This document shows positions 1-9,148 of a DNA stretch of 64,000 nt, piece by piece. Position 1 is the first letter of the stretch. Every line of letters starts with the position of its first letter. The position numbers and the translations under genes are program-made. The stretch lies in IMG/VR virus record IMGVR_UViG_3300044991_001466; one strand, given 5' to 3'. Source of the stretch: a virus (taxonomy: Duplodnaviria; Caudoviricetes). The notes under the pieces are model-generated. The model was given only the letters and a program-made list of their open reading frames with translations. It searched no databases and was not told where the DNA came from.

Positions 1-6
1 AAAACA

Positions 7-34
7 AAAAACCCCCGAACTAAAAGTCCGAGGG
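7..34 (-). terminator. Rho-independent terminator after ORF 60..302
   Basis: minus strand CCCTCGGAC-loop-GTTCGGGGG followed by T run. Confidence 0.7.
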
Positions 35-59
35 TTTCACACAACGTTAACCTAAAATA

Positions 60-302
60 CTATATTGTCTTTTCAACCACAAACTCCGACAACTTATGAA
101 GTAAGGGTATAACCCTACCACCAACCACATACTTAATTTTTTCAACGACATCATCATTTTCCGTGTCAATCTTGACACCCTCTTGTTCAAGTCTATCCAT
201 TACAAACTCAATGAAATCGTGATTTGACATATCTTCAACTAATTGAGTAATCCTATCAAGGATTATGTCGTTTACAACTTGGGTTACTTTTTGTTCATTC
301 AT
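60..302 (-). CDS. hypothetical protein (80 aa; start moved from 368 to MNEQKV)
   Basis: A-rich leader before ATG 302, terminator downstream, acidic phage-like composition. Confidence 0.65.
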   Translation of the reverse strand: MNEQKVTQVVNDIILDRITQLVEDMSNHDFIEFVMDRLEQEGVKIDTENDDVVEKIKYVVGGRVIPLLHKLSEFVVEKTI

Positions 303-949
303 TTTTTTTCGTTTTATTGTGTCATCATTAACACATATCAAAACTACAAAATAATATCGGATATACAATAAACTTTATCATAAAGTTTTCCACATTTTTT
401 TATTCAAAAAAACTTGAGGAAGACAAAAAAAATATATTGTTTCGCATGTATGACAATTTAATCCCCCCGTATTACAACTCGATGCGAAACAACAAGATAC
501 CGAATTACAACCTTGTCAAAATCTGTTGGTCAAAAAAAAAGTCCCGTGAGGGACTTGGTATTATAATTGGTTTTGGAATTCTATTTCCGTTTGTGGAACT
601 TCCACGTGAGGTTTTTGATAATCCTATGGTCAGTGATTTCTACGTTATCAAGAGTGTAGAAACGTAACCTATCGTAGATGTGTAAAAGGTACGTAGATTT
701 TCTGAATGTGATGTGTTGAAAAAGTCCTAATTGTACTATCATGTCGTTTAGTTTAAGTGAACTTGAAGATACAAAGAATGATACGATTTTTAAAATTTAA
801 TTTACTATATGACAATCTAATGACAATTCATTTTGGGACACCCGTGGAGGTTTTCATATTGTTTCGCATGTATTACCAAACCCCACCCTTGTATGACGAC
901 CCATGCGAAACAACATATTCCCGTAGTCCGAACTCAAGATTTCTTGGAC

Positions 950-982
950 AAAAAAAAACCACTCCTTTCGGAATGGTCTTTT
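950..982. terminator. bidirectional terminator
   Basis: A run-ACCACTCC-tttc-GGAATGGT-CTTTT, downstream of ORF 1004..1561. Confidence 0.65.
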
Positions 983-1003
983 CGGTTTGTAGGGGAACAA
1001 ACC

Positions 1004-1561
1004 TTAATCAATAATCGTGTACTCTTGTTTGAGTATCTTAATTCTCTTGATGTGGTCTAAACTCATAACCTTGAAATTTAAGGTATTCTCTAAACCATTT
1101 TGATACTTTGAGTAGTCAGTTTTGGTATCTACCATAAATTGATTAAACATAACCTTCTCAATACTATTACCCTCAAAGATATACTTTGTATCAAGGTAAG
1201 AACTATCGTGGTCTTGATAACGAAAATAGAAACTATTAGGATTGGACTTACTAACTACTAAACACTTTGAAACTTGATTAAACCAAATCTCTTTTTTGTT
1301 TTCGTTTTCAATGGGAGTGATACCCTCTTTAGTGTACTTCCTATCTAATTGACCATCGTAATCAAAACCTGATTGAAGATTTGAAATTCTTTGTTCAACC
1401 AAAATTTGGTCGTAATAAGGATTAGGATTTTGTTTTCCGTTTACCTTGAAATCAAGATATTTGTTCATCTTAACTTTTTTTAATGAGGTTAAACCTACAT
1501 TAGGTACAAAGGTATCTATACCTGATAATACCTCTTTTAATTCATTTTTTGTGATGTTCAT
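1004..1561 (-). CDS. hypothetical phage protein (185 aa)
   Basis: long ORF with A-rich leader and downstream terminator. Confidence 0.8.
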   Translation of the reverse strand: MNITKNELKEVLSGIDTFVPNVGLTSLKKVKMNKYLDFKVNGKQNPNPYYDQILVEQRISNLQSGFDYDGQLDRKYTKEGITPIENENKKEIWFNQVSKCLVVSKSNPNSFYFRYQDHDSSYLDTKYIFEGNSIEKVMFNQFMVDTKTDYSKYQNGLENTLNFKVMSLDHIKRIKILKQEYTIID

Positions 1562-1947
1562 TTTTTGTCGTTTTTTTTACTTTGTCATTATTGACACTTC
1601 AAATATCGGAATTAATATCGGATATACAATAACTTTTATCATATATTTTCAAATTATTTTTTATTTATTTTTCCACAAGTTATTAACATTTTTTGGGACT
1701 GATGTGGATAACTAAATGTGTTTCGCATGGATCCAATTTTCGTCAACAGGAAGTTATTGTTTCGCATCCGACATCTATCTCACACCAACACCGACCGATG
1801 CGAAACAACATATCCCGAGGACCTGGATCAAAAAATCCATTTGTCATAGAATTGTCATAAAGTAAAATAAGGTTAGTACCTATTAAAGTTATTCTTATAT
1901 TAGTGGTGTCAAACAATAGGGTCTGACACAAACTAACACTTACTACA

Positions 1948-2352
1948 ATGAAATTCTTATTTAACACTTTAAAGACCATTTGGGAAAACGGAAACCAACT
2001 TCACGAAAATTTAGGTTTGGAGTTTGATAACAAAGTATTAATCTCTTATAAAGTCACTCCCGAATTACCACACTACACTAAAGATGTCGTGTCAAGTATC
2101 GTTAATGATTTGATACGTGAAAACAAGATTACGTTTTTTGATGACGTACCACAAATGAAGGTACACGTACCTATTCAAGAAATTGGTATTGGTAGTGAAG
2201 AAGGAAACGAACAAAATCCGATTTACATAGAAACCTTCCATTACGATATGGATGACGAACCTCTTGAGGGATTAGGTAAGGAGTGTGACGTACCAACCCC
2301 TCTACACTCTTATTTAGGTTTGGATAGGGAACTAAACCATACGGATATGTAA
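1948..2352 (+). CDS. hypothetical protein (134 aa)
   Basis: upstream CTTATATTAG promoter-like element, terminator at 2371. Confidence 0.65.
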   Translation: MKFLFNTLKTIWENGNQLHENLGLEFDNKVLISYKVTPELPHYTKDVVSSIVNDLIRENKITFFDDVPQMKVHVPIQEIGIGSEEGNEQNPIYIETFHYDMDDEPLEGLGKECDVPTPLHSYLGLDRELNHTDM

Positions 2353-2370
2353 GTCCGTTAGAACGTCTTA

Positions 2371-2400
2371 AAACCACATCTACACGGATGTGGTTTTTTT
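2371..2400 (+). terminator. Rho-independent terminator
   Basis: AAACCACATC-loop-GATGTGGTTT plus T run. Confidence 0.8.
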
Positions 2401-2461
2401 GTGTCTAAAATTTTACCAACCCCCGTCACACCTGTCCACAGATTTGATTTTGTTTCGCATA

Positions 2462-2564
2462 CCCCCCATACCACGACCCCCTTATATAAACAACCCCCCC
2501 TCCCTCCATTATGGGGGGGTATCCCCCCTTATATAGGGGGTATTTTGACATCTCAATAGGGGGG
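2462..2564. other. G/C homopolymer tract cluster (palindromic, G-quadruplex-capable)
   Basis: C6, C5, C7, C3, G7-TAT-C6, G5, G6 runs in an otherwise AT-rich genome. Confidence 0.8.
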
Positions 2565-2651
2565 TCAATGCCGTAACAGAAATTTTTCCAGAAAAAAAGT
2601 CAAAAAAGGAACATTACCTCTGAAAGTTAAAATAAAATTTTCCAGAAATTT

Positions 2652-3527
2652 TTAGGAATTTTTGTGTATATCTAATATTCCTTTGGCGAACGATATTAAT
2701 TCTTCTTGTGTTGCACTATTTTTCATAGTGTTAGCTAATTTAGAGATGATTTCAACATTTCCTTTAATGTAACCTTTAGAACTATCTATCCTATCTACGG
2801 TATAGTAAAAGGATTCTCTACAGTCTTTTTTGTTAAATGACAGTTTACATTTGAAGTATGGACAATATTCGGGTATTACGATATCTTCTGGTTTGAGGTT
2901 GAATTCAATTTTCTTTAATTTAGCACTACGTTTAGTCTTGATACAAACTTCTTTCTGAATATCTTGAGGGGTATAATCAACACAATCGAGGAAACCTTCT
3001 TTATATAGTTCGTTTATTCTTTTACTTAATCCTGATTTGGAAACAACTCTAATATTTTCTTTTACTACTCCTTTCAACCAATCAATTTTATCGAGTACGT
3101 AGTAGTTATCTGAGTTACGGTCTTCAAAGTTAACTGATATGGGTATGTTAGTGATGGGACAATATTCGGGTATTACGATATCTTCGGGGCTGATATCAAA
3201 AAACATATTACGTTCTTTACTACTTTGTCTTGTTCTTTCCCATAGTAATTCTTCTGCGGTTTTGATTATACGTGGGGTATGATTAACTTTAGTGCCACCA
3301 TCATGACCATTTCTTGATTTAATTGTATTCCAAAATGAGAAATCACCTTTACCGAGTTGGTCGTAGATTTTTTTCTGTTCATCGTTCATCTCACCACCCA
3401 CGGGTGGTAGAACCCCCAATTCTCTTAATCTTGACCTTGTCTTATATATTCTACTTTGTAATGATCTTTTTTCGGGATTATTATGTCTCCATACGAGTGC
3501 TCTATATGCCATAATAAAATATAACAC
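2652..3527 (-). CDS. His-Me finger (HNH-like) endonuclease with a tandemly duplicated domain
   Basis: PEDIVIPEYCP twice; TVDRIDSSKGYIKGNVEIISKLANTMKN in repeat 2, degenerate in repeat 1; identical 29 bp at 2860-2888 and 3157-3185. Confidence 0.75.
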   Translation of the reverse strand: MLYFIMAYRALVWRHNNPEKRSLQSRIYKTRSRLRELGVLPPVGGEMNDEQKKIYDQLGKGDFSFWNTIKSRNGHDGGTKVNHTPRIIKTAEELLWERTRQSSKERNMFFDISPEDIVIPEYCPITNIPISVNFEDRNSDNYYVLDKIDWLKGVVKENIRVVSKSGLSKRINELYKEGFLDCVDYTPQDIQKEVCIKTKRSAKLKKIEFNLKPEDIVIPEYCPYFKCKLSFNKKDCRESFYYTVDRIDSSKGYIKGNVEIISKLANTMKNSATQEELISFAKGILDIHKNS

Positions 3528-3603
3528 TTATTATTTAAAAAAAAAGTCAAAACCCGTATTATTGTCTTAATTTAGAAAAAAAAATTTCCATAAATTTTTT
3601 GAA

Positions 3604-3612
3604 ATATTTATA
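3604..3612 (+). promoter_or_regulatory. phage late-type promoter motif RTATTTATA (representative of >20 copies)
   Basis: exact ATATTTATA at 3604, 4062, 5315, 8203, 9136, 13458, 14429, 14730, 16135, 17105, 18692, 19609, 33328, 43995, 48907 (+) and 14385, 28377 (-); GTATTTATA at 25925, 43697, 62819 (+) and 30459 (-); one-mismatch variants at 9743, 12310, 22836, 41221, 42631. Confidence 0.8.
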
Positions 3613-3616
3613 ATTT

Positions 3617-4060
3617 ATGAACTTACAAGAAAACATAGATAGAATAAGGGAGGTAATGAGATTAGATGATAATATATACTATCATGGAACAGGTCAATTA
3701 ACAAAGGTTATAGATGCACTAAAAACAAAGACATTCATTCCACATAAATCAGGAGGTGTCGAGAATGGAATGTTCATTACACCAAACATAGAATTGGCCA
3801 CCGAATATGCTAAACAAACAGGTGGGGACGACATCGGTATTGTTAGATTACGATTCAATCAGAAACCACACCTTAAAAAATACAATGGTCCGGAAGACTT
3901 ATATAATCACGAATTATCATATAATCATTATTTTATAAAAGATAATGTCCTTAAACATAGACAAGACTTACTGGATGATGGGTATGATGGTTATACTACT
4001 GGTCCTGATGTGATTTTAATATATAAAGAAAGGATGGACATTCTTAGTCCAATAGATTAA
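3617..4060 (+). CDS. leader + ADP-ribosyltransferase-fold domain
   Basis: leader MNLQENIDRIREVM; YYHGT...GMFITPNIELATEYA, the ART H-G-T / G-x-[YF]-x-[ST] / Y pattern. Confidence 0.65.
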   Translation: MNLQENIDRIREVMRLDDNIYYHGTGQLTKVIDALKTKTFIPHKSGGVENGMFITPNIELATEYAKQTGGDDIGIVRLRFNQKPHLKKYNGPEDLYNHELSYNHYFIKDNVLKHRQDLLDDGYDGYTTGPDVILIYKERMDILSPID

Positions 4061-4076
4061 CATATTTATATACCAC

Positions 4077-5288
4077 ATGAAAGTCCTTATATTAGAAACA
4101 CAATTAAGAGAAATAGTTAACCATTATTACGGGTTAATCAATGGGACTAATGAAAAGGTTCAACTTCGTGAGGATACATCTTGTGATATTTTCACTAGAA
4201 CAACAAGAAGACCTGATTATGATGACACCTTAAATGATGTTACTCCAAGAATAATGAAAGATCTTACGGGAACCATTGTTAAAATGTCGCCGGATGAGTA
4301 CTTTCAAAAATGTGCTACCTTACAGAGAACTACCGTAGAGAGACAATACAGTTACATTGACCCGAATAGGGTTGATGCTCTTATGGAAAAGATAAATGCA
4401 AATATTAAGGTGGATATTCCCATGATTGATTTTATCAACAACTTTCAGGAAGGTCGTCACCGAGCTTATGTGGCCAAAAAATTGGGTTGTGAACAAATTG
4501 AGGTGGCGGTGTTTACAAAGTCCGTACGAACAACAGATGATGATGAGGTGATTACCATTAATGATGGTAAGTGGGACGACGTGTTTACGGACGATGAGGG
4601 AACCTTTGTGAGTTATGATTATGCAGACCGTAAACAAATGGAGGACTTCTATTCTCATTTTGATTCACCACAGTACGGTTTGACTGAGGTTATTTATGAT
4701 ATAATGAAAGGCTGGTCGGTGTGGTCAAAAAATATTGAACCTGGACCTGTTATTGATATTGATAGAATTAAGTTTGAAAAGAAACCCGAAAAACTGATTG
4801 ACCTTATGGTTGACGTGATATCCAAGAATATTGGTGAGGAGGAATATTACGAGAACAAGGACAATGAAGGGGATACTTTGGATATGGTATTGAAATATCG
4901 AAGTTTTGATGAACTTTTTTATGAGGTTATTGTTGATTGGTCCGATAGGAAACCAAAGATTAAAGAACTTGAGGATTATATCTTATCGATGGTTGCCGGG
5001 ATATTTGAATTTATTAAATACCATGAGGACTATGGTAGTTTGGAGGATGAACTATTTAAGGATTACAAATTAAAATTTGGGGATGGTATTATTAAATTAT
5101 ACATTGACAACACCATGGAATTCGGAAGTTCGGTTAATACCTATAAAAACTTTAAGGATTTTTTTGAGGGACCCATATCAAGATACACCTACCGTAAGAT
5201 TGAAAACTATATTAAAGACAGCTATTATTATACAATATCTGTCAAGGACGTTAATGAGTTTTTATCTAAATTTATCTTTTCATTCTAA
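4077..5288 (+). CDS. leader + ParB/sulfiredoxin-like domain + acidic C-terminal region
   Basis: leader MKVLILETQL; IPMIDF...QEGRHRAYVAKKLG..IEV. Confidence 0.65.
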   Translation: MKVLILETQLREIVNHYYGLINGTNEKVQLREDTSCDIFTRTTRRPDYDDTLNDVTPRIMKDLTGTIVKMSPDEYFQKCATLQRTTVERQYSYIDPNRVDALMEKINANIKVDIPMIDFINNFQEGRHRAYVAKKLGCEQIEVAVFTKSVRTTDDDEVITINDGKWDDVFTDDEGTFVSYDYADRKQMEDFYSHFDSPQYGLTEVIYDIMKGWSVWSKNIEPGPVIDIDRIKFEKKPEKLIDLMVDVISKNIGEEEYYENKDNEGDTLDMVLKYRSFDELFYEVIVDWSDRKPKIKELEDYILSMVAGIFEFIKYHEDYGSLEDELFKDYKLKFGDGIIKLYIDNTMEFGSSVNTYKNFKDFFEGPISRYTYRKIENYIKDSYYYTISVKDVNEFLSKFIFSF

Positions 5289-5327
5289 TTTACCAAAAGA
5301 CTAAAATTTTGGTTATATTTATATACT

Positions 5328-7193
5328 ATGAAGATACAGCTTTCCGAAAATCAGTTAATGACGGTTAAAAAATACGTTATTAATGAGGATGTTAAATTGG
5401 CGGAGAAGATTTTAAGGGCTACGGGTTATCAACCAACAGATGAATGGTATGTTGATTTAAAAAATGATTTATTAAAAAATAACAAATTAGGATATATTGG
5501 TATTATATTAAAACTATCAGCGATGTCAGATGGTAGACTAAGTAAGCGTTGGGTATATAGATTAACGGAGTTTTTTAAAGAAGAGAGTGACATTTTAAAA
5601 TTTCTACCTAAAAATGTGTTTCAATATGATAATTACGATATATTTTTGAAAGACGCAGATATTACCAAATTTAGAATGGTTTTTAAAAAGTTACTAAATA
5701 AACTAACTTCTGATGTCATAAAAGGTGAGATAAAAGAATACATGTACGGGCCGGAGGTTGAAGATAGGTCTAGACATACACGGGATGTAATTGACATAAT
5801 TAATAACATGTTCAATCTTCCTTCATCCTCACAAAAAGAGTTCTTTACAATATCCGATAAATTTAAGAGCTTTGATGAATTAATGATAGAAATGTCGGCT
5901 TTTGTCAAAAACTACATTGGGACTTTTGATGGTATGATGGATAAAATTAAAACTGTGGGTGATGAACATCTTAGAGTTTTAATGTCGGATGAAAATCTTG
6001 GTCACATCTTGGTTCGTGTGTTGGATTATAAGGGTTCCGAAAGTATTGGGTCAACTTCTTGGTGTATTGTTTCTAGTAAGGACCAATTTGAGAGTTATGT
6101 TGGTAATAACAATTATCAATATTTCTTCTTTAACTTTGGTGTGGGTATTCCAGCAAAGTTAAAAATGTTGGCGTTTACTATGGACCCAAACGGTGAGATT
6201 AGTTATAGTCATGACAGATATAATTCTCAATTTGAAAATACGGTGAAGTATCTAAAATCAATCGGTGTGAATGATAAAATACTTAAAATAAATTATAGAG
6301 AGCGGGCTATACGTACATTGGATAGATTTAGTAAAACAAATGACCGCCTTCATAATTCTAATTACGAGTATGAAAATATAAATATAGAAAGTAATTTTAC
6401 ATACTCTTTAGAGATTTTGGGAACTATTTTATCAATGATACAAAATGAATATTATGTAAATAATAACATTGATATACTCGCAAAACATCTTGAGTCGTTT
6501 CCTGCATATGTAAAAGTACAAGAAAAAGATGAAAACGGTATTTACCATTCCAAAACCATTAAATCTACAATAAATGGTTTCCAATATGTTTCGTCCAAAT
6601 TTGATTATCACGAAAAAGATGAATATAGACAAATTAATAATCATAGCCGCGATTGGTCAATTATGTTTGGGAAAGAAATGAAAAAGAAAGTTATAGATTT
6701 TTTTATTAAAGTTTATAATTCCAATTTCAAAAAAAATGAAATTACCAATTATTCCATTTTGGGTTATCTAAAAAATCAGGGGTATAATACGGATGAAATG
6801 GTCTATAACAAAAAAATAAAAAGTGGGGAAGATTTAAGTGACACCATTTTTAGTGCAACCGCAAAAAGTGGAAAGAATCTTAAACCTATAATTCAAAATA
6901 AAATGTCATCACTTCGTAGAGGTGAAGATGTGAACCTATCGTATTCTGAAACAATGTATGCGATTGAAAACGGATTTGAACCATTTATTAAAAAATATTA
7001 TACCAATGGTTTAAATAATTATTTAAATGATCGGTTGGATTATGATGATATGAGGGTCTATCAAAAACTTGGGATGATAAAAGATATCACAGATGTGATT
7101 ATTAAGAAAGGAGATATGTACGGTATTAATACATTAAACAGTATTGAGACGAGTATGTATCAAATGGCAAATAATGTGTCAAAAGTGAAATAA
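5328..7193 (+). CDS. leader + PcfJ-like (SWC-motif) protein, 621 aa
   Basis: leader MKIQLSENQL...VINE; IGSTSWCIVSSKDQFESYVGNNNYQYFFF. Confidence 0.55.
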   Translation: MKIQLSENQLMTVKKYVINEDVKLAEKILRATGYQPTDEWYVDLKNDLLKNNKLGYIGIILKLSAMSDGRLSKRWVYRLTEFFKEESDILKFLPKNVFQYDNYDIFLKDADITKFRMVFKKLLNKLTSDVIKGEIKEYMYGPEVEDRSRHTRDVIDIINNMFNLPSSSQKEFFTISDKFKSFDELMIEMSAFVKNYIGTFDGMMDKIKTVGDEHLRVLMSDENLGHILVRVLDYKGSESIGSTSWCIVSSKDQFESYVGNNNYQYFFFNFGVGIPAKLKMLAFTMDPNGEISYSHDRYNSQFENTVKYLKSIGVNDKILKINYRERAIRTLDRFSKTNDRLHNSNYEYENINIESNFTYSLEILGTILSMIQNEYYVNNNIDILAKHLESFPAYVKVQEKDENGIYHSKTIKSTINGFQYVSSKFDYHEKDEYRQINNHSRDWSIMFGKEMKKKVIDFFIKVYNSNFKKNEITNYSILGYLKNQGYNTDEMVYNKKIKSGEDLSDTIFSATAKSGKNLKPIIQNKMSSLRRGEDVNLSYSETMYAIENGFEPFIKKYYTNGLNNYLNDRLDYDDMRVYQKLGMIKDITDVIIKKGDMYGINTLNSIETSMYQMANNVSKVK

Positions 7194-7203
7194 AAATTTA
7201 TAT

Positions 7204-8157
7204 ATGAAATTACAAGAAAACATAAATAGGATAAGACAAGTGATGGGTCTTAATGAGGTGGAACACATTTATCAACCCACCGGTAATTCCTGTGGACCTA
7301 CTTGTATTAAAATGGTTGGGGATTTTATTAAGGGTGATGTACCATCCATTGACGAGATATGTAAAATATGTGGAACTGATTGGGTTGTTGGAACACCTCC
7401 CGAAAGAATGAAGATTGGTTTGGATGAGTTGGGTATAATTTACAAAGAGCATATCGATGAACTTGAACCGTACCAATCCATTAGAAATGTTATTGATAAG
7501 GGTAATGTGGCCATTGTTAGAACCATTACACAAGAGATTCCACATTGGATTGTGATACACGGTTATAATGAAGATGTGTTTACGGTGAACGACCCTTGGT
7601 TGGGACCAAAGACATATAACGAAGAGGAGTTGGGGTCAATATGGAAAGTAAGAAACCATTTCTTCTATGAGATTATGTCGGGTGAACAGAAAATAACTCC
7701 CGATGTAAAAATTCGTAAAATGGAACAAAGTGATATTGAAAAAATATTACCAAATCTTTCTACCATATTCGATAAAACAGGATTATCAAATAATCGAATT
7801 TGGAATGAAATTAAACATTATGATTCCTCAATTTCTGTTGTGTCAACTGTTGGTGATGAAATTGCTGGATTTTATTTTTTATGTTTTGCTAAAATACCTA
7901 AAGGTGGTAATCCAAAAATTTATAAAGAACTTAAAACATTAAATGGTGTTGAGGGTATTGCTATAGGTGTAAACAAGAAATTTAAAAATATGGGTATTGG
8001 TAAAAAATTAATAGAATACACACAAAATTTGAATGATGTGGATTATATATGGGGGTACCAATTTAAAAGTCTTAAAAATATTGATGATTGGTTGAAGAGA
8101 AGAAAAATATATTATGAGAATGATGGTGTTTATATCACCTATCAGTTATTTGTTTAA
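7204..8157 (+). CDS. leader + C39-like cysteine peptidase + GNAT acetyltransferase fusion
   Basis: Q..GNSCGPTC, HWIVIHGY, VNDP; GIAIGVNKKFKNMGIGKKLI (GNAT motif A). Confidence 0.75.
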   Translation: MKLQENINRIRQVMGLNEVEHIYQPTGNSCGPTCIKMVGDFIKGDVPSIDEICKICGTDWVVGTPPERMKIGLDELGIIYKEHIDELEPYQSIRNVIDKGNVAIVRTITQEIPHWIVIHGYNEDVFTVNDPWLGPKTYNEEELGSIWKVRNHFFYEIMSGEQKITPDVKIRKMEQSDIEKILPNLSTIFDKTGLSNNRIWNEIKHYDSSISVVSTVGDEIAGFYFLCFAKIPKGGNPKIYKELKTLNGVEGIAIGVNKKFKNMGIGKKLIEYTQNLNDVDYIWGYQFKSLKNIDDWLKRRKIYYENDGVYITYQLFV

Positions 8158-8164
8158 TATCATT

Positions 8165-8189
8165 AACCCTCCTATATGGAGGGTTTTTT
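8165..8189 (+). terminator. Rho-independent terminator
   Basis: AACCCTCC-tatat-GGAGGGTT plus T run. Confidence 0.8.
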
Positions 8190-8228
8190 ATTTGAGTTCT
8201 TTATATTTATATAAAAACAAGTTGCAAT

Positions 8229-9077
8229 ATGTACAAGAACTTTAATTTAACAGACGAAGAAAGAAAAGAGATTATGGAGATGCATAAATCTCATGGATAT
8301 AAAAAACCATTAAACGAATTAGACGATAAGGATGTTGACCTTGTAAGAGGTAACCCCGATTTTAAAACCCAAACAGGTAGACCTGTTGGTGATTATGTAA
8401 TTAAACGTGCTGCGGCAAACCAATTCCAACAAGACTTCAAAAAAGAATTTCCAGACCCGGGTGTGGAAACCACTCCTTATTGGATGAAGGATAGACCCAA
8501 CTCCGATGGAGATTCTGAGTTAGAATTAGATATTAGAAATAGTGCTAGACAAGCTAATAGAGAATTAGGTAAAAAATTGGAAAAAGATACGATATCCCAA
8601 GACAGAGAAGAACGTATAAAACTAAGAAGAAGAATTGCATCACTTGTGTCACACAGAGACGAATTCGGTGGGGATGATGAGTTGGATATTTTAATAAGAA
8701 GATTAAGAGATCAAGCCATGGATATGGATGACAGTAGACAACCATCTGTAACAAGTGATGAAATCCCAAATTTAAACGAGAATGATTCTTCTAATAGTAT
8801 AAAGGTATTATGGGAAAAAATATCCGAAATATCTAAGAATTATTCTGATGCTCTGAGAAATTTAGATGCTGTCGGATGTGACGATTCTGAAACATATGCG
8901 GAATACTATCATTCCTCAGGTCAAATGGAACCAGGAGATCACGACGATAGGGACGATTACGAGGATAGGGAAGATAATGGATATTCACATAGTCAACAAT
9001 CATTTGCCGATAGACTTGATTATGCAAACTCCGCTGAAGACCCCATAACTAGAGCTGAACGTAGAATGGGAGCATAA
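8229..9077 (+). CDS. leader + acidic hypothetical protein (putative internal head protein)
   Basis: MYKNFNLTDEERKEIMEMH; LNE sites at KKPLNE and PNLNE. Confidence 0.7.
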   Translation: MYKNFNLTDEERKEIMEMHKSHGYKKPLNELDDKDVDLVRGNPDFKTQTGRPVGDYVIKRAAANQFQQDFKKEFPDPGVETTPYWMKDRPNSDGDSELELDIRNSARQANRELGKKLEKDTISQDREERIKLRRRIASLVSHRDEFGGDDELDILIRRLRDQAMDMDDSRQPSVTSDEIPNLNENDSSNSIKVLWEKISEISKNYSDALRNLDAVGCDDSETYAEYYHSSGQMEPGDHDDRDDYEDREDNGYSHSQQSFADRLDYANSAEDPITRAERRMGA

Positions 9078-9102
9078 TTTAAAATTTTAAAATAAGATAA
9101 AG

Positions 9103-9126
9103 AACCCTCTTAACGGAGGGTTCTTT
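9103..9126 (+). terminator. Rho-independent terminator
   Basis: AACCCTCT-taac-GGAGGGTT-cttt. Confidence 0.7.
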
Positions 9127-9148
9127 ATTTAATGGATATTTATATACA

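Larger units (their letters stand above)
437..2460. repeat. dispersed inverted-repeat family (T)TGTTTCGCAT / ATGCGAAACAA, 8 copies
   Basis: forward at 437, 859, 1719 (10-mer), 1757, 2450; reverse at 482, 903, 1798; three head-to-head pairs with 34, 33 and 30 bp spacers. Confidence 0.9.

Noticed and set aside
437-1060. ORFs 437..667, 757..1014 and 833..1060 (also 1743..1979, 2171..2377)
   Set aside because: They run through the repeats and terminator or oppose real genes; no start context.
437-2460. CRISPR array
   Set aside because: Repeats are 10-11 bp, in alternating orientation and irregularly spaced; no cas genes.
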